This document shows, piece after piece, positions 9,459 through 15,337 of a stretch of 64,000 bases of DNA; the stretch's first letter is position 1; the number at the start of each line of letters is the position of its first letter. The notes below the pieces were generated by a model that worked only from the letters and a program-made list of their open reading frames with translations, made no database searches and was not told where the DNA came from. This stretch comes from Candidatus Saccharimonadales bacterium (GTDB lineage: Bacteria > Patescibacteriota > Saccharimonadia > Saccharimonadales > Saccharimonadaceae): contig JBARSV010000019.1 in assembly GCA_049644865.1 (NCBI GenBank), positions 31,196-95,195 on the forward strand, written 5' to 3'. A program made the position numbers and the translations under genes.

Positions 9459-11144
9459 TCAGTGACGAACAAAGTCTTTCGATTGAACATTAGACAAAGT
9501 CATGTCTTGACTCTGCACCTCTTTGCGCACTCGATAACCACCGTTATCAATATCGTAAATCATCAAGGCGCCAAACGGAATTTCAAGGTCGCTTACTGTA
9601 TCATCACTTAGCTGTTCAAGATACTTTATGAGAGCCCTCAAACTATTGCCATGAGCAACAATGAGAACATTCTCTCCATTATCAAGATGTGAGAAAACAG
9701 TCTGTTGATAGAACGGCACTACTCTCTCGTATACCATCTTGAGAGTCTCTCCGCTCGGTACGTGATGATCCCAGCCCCGACGTAATGCCTGGAATTCTTC
9801 TTCACCAACTTGTTCCTTCACTTCCCACTTATTCTTACCGGTATACACGCCATAATCGCGCTCATTAAGCTCTGATGCATGCTCATATGGCACTCCTAGT
9901 TGCTGGGCAGTATCAAGCATCACCTGTAAGGTCTCTTGCGTACGTACTAACTCTGAGCAGTACGCAAAGTCTACCGTTAGACCCGTTTTCATGAGTAACT
10001 GGCCATAATCAACTGCCTGTCTAAAACCTTTGTCACTGAGATGGACATCTGTCGTACCAGTCCAGCGACCCACAATATTCCACTCCGACTCAGCATGACG
10101 TATCAATATTAGTTTGCCCCGCCCTCTCGGCGGATTTTTTACTATATTTTCGGTTTTGCCGCTACAAAATTTTATTATATTACTACATGTCATACTATTG
10201 ATCCGTCCTATTGCTTCAGTGGTGTTGAAGGCATTGTGCGGCGTGATGATAACATTGTGAAGTTTCGACAACGCCAATTGTTCGAGGCTGTGCTGAGCAT
10301 CAATGTGCGTCTCGCTGTGTTTCTCAAGTATAGTAACGTTATCATCCAGGTGCCACAATCCCTCACCTTCAAGCACATCAAGTCCGGCACCAGCAATAGT
10401 TTTATGATGGAGGGCAATGATAAGCGCCTCAGTATCAATCAACTCACCCCGGGCTGTATTAATAATTATCGCTGATGGCTTCATACTAGCTAACCTATCC
10501 CTATTTAGTAAATGATGAGTGTCTTTCATATAGGGCACATGGAGAGTTACAACATCGCTTTCCCAGAGCAATTTTTCAAGTGAAACATACTGTATACCAT
10601 AATCTTTGGCCGCTTTCGCGTTCGGATATGGATCGTAAGCAATCACGTGCATATCAAAACCACGCGCGATTTGGGCTACCTTTAGACCAATGTGCCCAGT
10701 CCCAATCACACCAATTGTCTTATCGGACAAATCAAACCCACGTAGCTGCTCTACCGATAATCGCTGGCGTTCATTACCTGCAATCGATTCTGGTAATTTG
10801 CGAGATAAGGCGAGTAGTAACGAAAATGCGTATTCAGCCACCGTTTGTTCTCCATATGATGGCACATTAACAACTACAACATTATGATCGTCGGCTGCAT
10901 CGACATCGATATTATTAAAACCAGTTGATCGACAAGCAATGAGCCTTAGCTTTGGTAGTTTTTCTATAATACTTCGTGTCACATTACTCGATACAAACAC
11001 CGACAATATCTCCGTCTCTGGATCAAGATTATCGATACATATAGCGCTCTTTATAAATTGCAACTGACAATTAGTGCCTGTCAGCCCCATACTAAGTTGC
11101 TCTTTGTCAACTCCGCTAGTGTCGTAAAAAATTATTTTTGTCAT
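9459..11144 (-). CDS. fusion protein: D-isomer-specific 2-hydroxyacid dehydrogenase (N-terminal) + histidine-phosphatase/2,3-BPG-dependent phosphoglycerate mutase (C-terminal)
   Basis: 561 aa. The N-terminal ~335 aa carry the NAD fold GVIGTGHIGLKVA and TARG / DVLE / TPHNAF catalytic-type motifs. The C-terminal ~220 aa carry RHAESEWN, ERDYG and AHGNSLRAL (dPGM motifs). Confidence 0.85.
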   Translation of the reverse strand: MTKIIFYDTSGVDKEQLSMGLTGTNCQLQFIKSAICIDNLDPETEILSVFVSSNVTRSIIEKLPKLRLIACRSTGFNNIDVDAADDHNVVVVNVPSYGEQTVAEYAFSLLLALSRKLPESIAGNERQRLSVEQLRGFDLSDKTIGVIGTGHIGLKVAQIARGFDMHVIAYDPYPNAKAAKDYGIQYVSLEKLLWESDVVTLHVPYMKDTHHLLNRDRLASMKPSAIIINTARGELIDTEALIIALHHKTIAGAGLDVLEGEGLWHLDDNVTILEKHSETHIDAQHSLEQLALSKLHNVIITPHNAFNTTEAIGRINSMTCSNIIKFCSGKTENIVKNPPRGRGKLILIRHAESEWNIVGRWTGTTDVHLSDKGFRQAVDYGQLLMKTGLTVDFAYCSELVRTQETLQVMLDTAQQLGVPYEHASELNERDYGVYTGKNKWEVKEQVGEEEFQALRRGWDHHVPSGETLKMVYERVVPFYQQTVFSHLDNGENVLIVAHGNSLRALIKYLEQLSDDTVSDLEIPFGALMIYDIDNGGYRVRKEVQSQDMTLSNVQSKDFVRH

Positions 11145-11195
11145 AGTGATTCTATTATGTCACGGCAATACATAAGCGCATAGGCGTGATCCATA

Positions 11196-11287
11196 GATGG
11201 TAGACTACTCCACTTCGTTTCGTATTCCACCATCGGCTAGATACTGTACAAATGCTAGCGCATTTGACAGTATGCGAACCCTCCGGG
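11196..11287. repeat. 92-bp direct repeat, copy A (identical to 11433-11524)
   Basis: Character-by-character identity with copy B. Contains two long hairpins (GATGGT...ACCATC arm; ATACTGTACAAATGC-TAGC-GCATTTGACAGTAT arm). Confidence 0.9.
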
Positions 11288-11292
11288 ATAAC

Positions 11293-11311
11293 TGATCCCA
11301 CCGGGAAGAAC
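11293..11311 (-). other. decayed copy of the tRNA-Asp 3' end (acceptor 3' strand + T-stem)
   Basis: tgatcccaccggga is identical to 11598-11611 of the intact tRNA-Asp, then continues as agaac versus atcgaac (2-nt deletion). Confidence 0.7.
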
Positions 11312-11432
11312 GCTAGCTGGTATAACAATCCGCTTCGCTTCTTGTTCTACCAGCAGCTACATCGTGTCAAATCAGAGATTATGACACGATGCGAACCCTC
11401 CGGGACACAATATCCCACCGGTCCGACGCTTC

Positions 11433-11524
11433 GATGGTAGACTACTCCACTTCGTTTCGTATTCCACCATCGGCTAGATACTGTACAAATGCTAGCGCAT
11501 TTGACAGTATGCGAACCCTCCGGG
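11433..11524. repeat. 92-bp direct repeat, copy B (identical to 11196-11287)
   Basis: Offset of 237 bp from copy A; a 17-nt third partial copy ATGCGAACCCTCCGGGA lies at 11389-11405. Confidence 0.9.
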
Positions 11525-11552
11525 TTCAATTCCCGCCGAATAAGATTCGGCA

Positions 11553-11595
11553 AAAGTAATAGGCCCAGACCACGAGGGTCTGAGCCTATTACTTT
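11553..11595 (-). terminator. Rho-independent-type terminator downstream of tRNA-Asp
   Basis: AAAGTAATAGGC...GCCTATTACTTT 12-bp outer stem plus CAGACC/GGTCTG inner stem, followed on the minus strand by TTTTG. Confidence 0.65.
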
Positions 11596-11669
11596 GGTGA
11601 TCCCACCGGGAATCGAACCCGGGTTGCCAGGATGACAAGCTGGTGTCCTAACCGTTAGACGATGGGACC
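11595..11669 (-). tRNA. tRNA-Asp (anticodon GUC), CCA encoded
   Basis: Manual cloverleaf: acceptor GGTCCCA/TGGGATC, D arm GTCT-AACGGTTA-GGAC, anticodon arm CCAGC-TTGTCAT-CCTGG, T arm CCGGG-TTCGATT-CCCGG, discriminator A + CCA; 75 nt. Confidence 0.88.
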
Positions 11670-11709
11670 GTGATAGTAGTATATCGAAAAAGTGCTCTAT
11701 GGAATCGTC

Positions 11710-11832
11710 AGGATGAAAACCTGGTGTCCATCGCTCGCTGCCACTCGCTCTTCCGCTTCAGTGCTCGGAAAAACGATCAAGATCGTTTTTCGCTGCGCGC
11801 CTCCGCTGCACATACCGTTAGACGATGGGACC
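11710..11832 (-). pseudogene. interrupted, 3'-truncated tRNA-Glu(UUC)-like relic
   Basis: Minus strand: GGTCCCATCGTCTAACGGTA (21-nt identity, 11814-11834 versus 11651-11671). This is followed by an ~82-nt insert with the palindromic hairpin GAAAAACGATC/GATCGTTTTTC, then GGACA + anticodon arm CCAGG-TTTTCAT-CCTGA. No T arm or 3' acceptor strand follows. Confidence 0.55.
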
Positions 11833-11941
11833 GTTATCGCTTCGCTCCATTTTTCATTGAGCATTTTACAGTTTGCACTGATGGAGTAGCTGGTACATTG
11901 TAGCAAAAAATAACAGATGTGAAAAGCTGAAAGGTTTCGCT

Positions 11942-11985
11942 GGTGCGGTGGACGCGGGCACGAAGCCACGCGCGCCCACCGCACC
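11942..11985 (-). terminator. GC-rich hairpin terminator after the small gene pair
   Basis: GGTGCGGTGG ... CCACCGCACC 10-bp outer stem with a GC-rich inner stem, 12 nt past the stop of 11998-12240. Confidence 0.55.
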
Positions 11986-11997
11986 TAGACCAGAGAG

Positions 11998-12240
11998 TCA
12001 GACAGCAGCCTGGTATCGCGCGCTGCCGGCCGAAGTCTGAATAACTTGCAGCTCCTTGGCGGCGAGTAACTGATTCAGAAACCGTCGCACCCACTCGCGT
12101 ACCACTTTGTCATACTGCTGGTAGCCCTCACAGAGTCTCCGAGCCGCGTCACTCAAGCTGCTGGCGGAAACACTGCGGCGGGATAGCTGGAACTCACGAA
12201 CGATTGATGCCGCGGCGTTAAACGCTAGTTGCTCGTTCAT
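11998..12240 (-). CDS. hypothetical small protein (80 aa), second gene of an overlapping pair
   Basis: ORF in a GC-rich islet; the start overlaps the upstream stop as ATGA (12237-12240); no family recognised. Confidence 0.5.
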   Translation of the reverse strand: MNEQLAFNAAASIVREFQLSRRSVSASSLSDAARRLCEGYQQYDKVVREWVRRFLNQLLAAKELQVIQTSAGSARYQAAV

Positions 12241-12500
12241 GCTGCGGCAGCCAGGTACTCAGATGCGATCTTGTCGATCTGTTCGCGAAGCCAGCTACAT
12301 TGCATCTTGCTGCAACGACCACCAGTGATCGCGTCGAGAGATGCCTGGATACCGAGCCGCTGCCGACGGTCGAAGATGGATTGGGCAACTTTCGCTCGCA
12401 CTTCGAAAGTGTCATGAATGAGTTGCGCACGAGTGAGAGTCAGTTCCACCTCCTGACGTAGGATTGCGATAACCTTCTGAGCAGGCGTTTTCTTCGACAT
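12237..12500 (-). CDS. hypothetical small protein (87 aa), first gene of an overlapping pair
   Basis: The ORF track starts at 12602, but that ATG lies inside the -10 box. AAGGAGAG (12509-12516) lies 8 nt before ATG 12500 and supports MSKKTPAQK... Confidence 0.5.
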   Translation of the reverse strand: MSKKTPAQKVIAILRQEVELTLTRAQLIHDTFEVRAKVAQSIFDRRQRLGIQASLDAITGGRCSKMQCSWLREQIDKIASEYLAAAA

Positions 12501-12593
12501 GCCTGATGCTCTCCTTGGCTTGAAAGATACTCGACCTACGTGCCAATTTCTATGACGCGTAGCATCTTTTCGAAGATGTAAAGTCGTGAGTAT

Positions 12594-12622
12594 TTTATAC
12601 ATCTCTTGACAAAACGAGTCAA
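12594..12622 (-). promoter_or_regulatory. sigma70-type promoter TTGACT-N17-TATAAA for the small gene pair
   Basis: -35 at 12617-12622 and -10 at 12594-12599 (minus strand), 17-nt spacer. Confidence 0.6.
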
Positions 12623-12746
12623 TAGTTATTATGGATATAGTGTATTAACTTAAAGTCATACCCTACAGATAGTGTGAGCGACTAAACAAATGGTCCGACA
12701 TGTCGCCTACGGCGTTTGGTTATTGTGCCCCACCAACTCCCAACTC

Positions 12747-14009
12747 CTATCTCCCAGCCCCCACCACCGGCAGCTCCGCCCAGCTCGTCGTATACCGTGG
12801 GCTGCGTAGCTCGTGTCTGGAACGCCAGGTGTCGGCCGAGAGTTTTTCACTCGCATGGTAGATGACACGGCCATATCGCCGATTGAGCTGATCGATCGCC
12901 GTCATGAGATCAGCCCGTTCATCACGGCGTTTCTCGGGAGACAACATAGATAATTGCCACTGCACGCGTGGTGTAATACCAACGATAACCACTCCAGCCT
13001 TTTGATAGGCAAATTGCTCATCATAGATCTGCGCCAGCCCCTCAAGCGCAGCAGTAATGAACCGTGCCGTATCACCGGTTGCCTCTGTGAGCGATACAAG
13101 TGTGCTCAGGTATACTCGCTTTTGCCCTTCGACATGTTTGTTCGCGGAGAGTATGACAACGATGTGGCTAGCCACGCTGTCTTGCGCGCGCAATCGAGCC
13201 CCCGCTTGAGCCGCAAATGTCGCGACAGCACTCTCTAACTGATGATAGTCCCTCACTTTGTGACTAAAGCTGCGTGAACGCATGATCGATTTGCGGGTAT
13301 CGTGGCGATCACCGAAGGGTATACGCACCTCACCGCGCAGTTCATCAACCATGCGCATACCGGTAATCGTAAACTGTTGGCGCAGCCACGTGTCTGATGC
13401 CGAGACAAGCTGCCAAGCCGTCGAGATGCCTTTGTCGCGTAGTTTTGGTGCAGTGCGCCAGCCAACACCCCAAATATCCTCGATCGGTAGACCTCTTAGC
13501 AATGTCTCGCGCTGTTCGTCATCGGTAACTGCATACACCCCGCCACGTTTTTTGGCGTAGGTACTGGCAACCTTTGCTAGCGTCTTGGTCGGCGCGACAC
13601 CGATCGATACCGGTATACCGATCTCTCGACGTATCCTATCTCGAACAGCGCCAGCCCAAGCGCTATAGTCGGCGATACCAAGTTGCGATATATCGAGGAA
13701 ACATTCATCGATCGAATAGACTTCTATGAGGGGTGTGATCTCACGCAGGAGCGTGACAATCCGCTCGCTGACATCGCCGTAGAGCTCAAAATTAGCCGAA
13801 AACAACTGCACATCGTGTACCTTCACCTCTTGCTTCCATTTGAACAGCGGTGCCCCCATAGGTAAACCAATATCCTTTGCCTCTTGGCTACGAGATACGA
13901 AACACCCATCGTTGTTGCTGAGCACCGCCACTGGCCGTCCCTCTAGATCAGGCCGGAACAATCGCTCACAACTGACAAAGAAATTATTGCAATCGATCAG
14001 AGCATACAT
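12747..14009 (-). CDS. umuC: Y-family DNA polymerase, UmuC-like (Pol V catalytic subunit type)
   Basis: 420 aa; the N-terminus [36 protein letters not shown] closely parallels E. coli UmuC [44 protein letters not shown] motif. Confidence 0.9.
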   Translation of the reverse strand: [420 protein letters not shown]

Positions 14010-14012
14010 GAT

Positions 14013-14375
14013 CTATCCCTCAACCGCACTAACAACATAGGTGATGACGCCCCAGACGCTGCTGTTATCATCAAGTCGTGAGCCTAACAGATCATATAGC
14101 CCAGTTTTACGGTAACGTGCGATGACAAATGCTTCGTCGACAATCGCGACGACCATCCTCCCTTCTCGCAGTGGCAATGCACGGTCAACGACAATGATCG
14201 TCCCAGCTGGCCACCGTAATTCTGCTACCTCTGATTCTAGTCGCCAAAAATACGTACTGGCGCGATGTTTTACAACCAACGCATCAAGACTAAGACTCAC
14301 CCCATGCTGGTCTTCGCCAGCGTTCGGGAAGCCAGCGTGGTACACCAATCCATCTTCGACAGAACCCTTTTTCAT
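14013..14375 (-). CDS. umuD: UmuD-like / S24 peptidase-fold protein
   Basis: 120 aa; AGFPNAGED (compare UmuD CGFPSPAAD), a TYF motif and a beta-rich C-terminus; 3 nt upstream of umuC. Confidence 0.7.
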   Translation of the reverse strand: MKKGSVEDGLVYHAGFPNAGEDQHGVSLSLDALVVKHRASTYFWRLESEVAELRWPAGTIIVVDRALPLREGRMVVAIVDEAFVIARYRKTGLYDLLGSRLDDNSSVWGVITYVVSAVEG

Positions 14376-14427
14376 AGTCCTCTTTAGTATACCTGACGAG
14401 AAATCATAACTATTTTATTACATAGTG

Positions 14428-14456
14428 TTGACAAAACATAAATTATCTGGTATAAT
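14428..14456 (+). promoter_or_regulatory. consensus sigma70 promoter TTGACA-N17-TATAAT
   Basis: TTGACA 14428-14433, TATAAT 14451-14456; followed by SD GGGAGGAG 14486-14493 and ATG 14503. Confidence 0.7.
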
Positions 14457-14502
14457 AATAAGTATAGTCAGTCATTAATATTTCTGGGAGGAGATAACGA
14501 CT

Positions 14503-15162
14503 ATGGCAGCAATTAAGCGAATCGTCGTAGGTGCGTCACTAGCGCTCGTAGCAACCCTCGTTGCTCTACCAGTACATGCAACCAATGACCGCGTGACCGG
14601 CAATAACGGAACTCTTAAGGTACACGAGCAAGGCACCCCGAGCAACACAGAAAACAACGACCCAAAGGTTTGTACCTTCAACTACGAAGGCTATGGTTTT
14701 GACAAGGGTCAAGACGGTCTCATCATCATCACAAAACAAGGTGGCGGCAACGACAAAAGCGAAGTCAAACGCCTCGCTATGCCAGCAGCCAAGGAGTCAG
14801 CTGAGCACTTCACATTTACCGAAACAAGCTATATTACCCTACCTGATGGTATGTACAAATCAACCGTCTACGGCAAAGATAACCGTGGCGAATATACTGT
14901 TGACCTCAAGGCAAAAAGTAAGGTATTTAAGGTCGAGTGCGACGATACCGATACAAATAGTGGCAATGGCAACAACGACGGCGGTCAAGGTGATACCAAT
15001 GGCGGATCTGTCAATGGTACGAGCACAACCACTACGAGCGGACAAGGAGCTGCGTTGCCGAGTGTAATCGCCTCAACCGGCCCTAACCCACTCCAGACGA
15101 TAGCAAACACTCTGTTCGCTGGAGCTGGCGTCTACACTGCATTGCTTCGCCGTAAGCAATAG
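14503..15162 (+). CDS. secreted surface protein with sortase-type sorting signal (LAXTG-like IASTG)
   Basis: 219 aa; signal peptide AAIKRIVVGASLALVATLVALPVHA; C-terminal IASTG + hydrophobic stretch + RRKQ. Confidence 0.75.
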   Translation: MAAIKRIVVGASLALVATLVALPVHATNDRVTGNNGTLKVHEQGTPSNTENNDPKVCTFNYEGYGFDKGQDGLIIITKQGGGNDKSEVKRLAMPAAKESAEHFTFTETSYITLPDGMYKSTVYGKDNRGEYTVDLKAKSKVFKVECDDTDTNSGNGNNDGGQGDTNGGSVNGTSTTTTSGQGAALPSVIASTGPNPLQTIANTLFAGAGVYTALLRRKQ

Positions 15163-15182
15163 ATAGTCATTGATCGACAAAC

Positions 15183-15220
15183 AATAACCCCTCTTAAAAC
15201 AGGGGTTATTTGTATTATTT
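15183..15220 (+). terminator. Rho-independent terminator
   Basis: AATAACCCCT / AGGGGTTATT 10-bp stem, 8-nt loop, then TGTATTATTT. Confidence 0.7.
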
Positions 15221-15241
15221 CCCGCATTTAGCGCAATATTC

Positions 15242-15269
15242 TTGCTTTTTTGTGATAAAAATGTATAAT
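15242..15269 (+). promoter_or_regulatory. promoter TTGCTT-N16-TATAAT
   Basis: -35 at 15242-15247, -10 at 15264-15269, upstream of ATG 15338. Confidence 0.5.
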
Positions 15270-15337
15270 AATTACAACTAAAATGGTACGGAGTCAAAAA
15301 AATAACTAACGTAACTGGTGGGAAAAGAGGTTTATAT

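Noticed and set aside
11519-11551. Plus-strand T-arm-like motif CCGGGTTCAATTCCCGC suggesting another tRNA
   Set aside because: No matching acceptor 5' strand, D arm or anticodon arm lies upstream on the plus strand, and the T stem has a mismatch. It is probably a chance or relic motif at the end of repeat copy B.
11252-11553. 62- and 68-aa ORFs inside the repeat tract
   Set aside because: They are composed of the repeats and tRNA-fragment sequence, have no SD, and the repeated hairpins argue for RNA- or DNA-level function.
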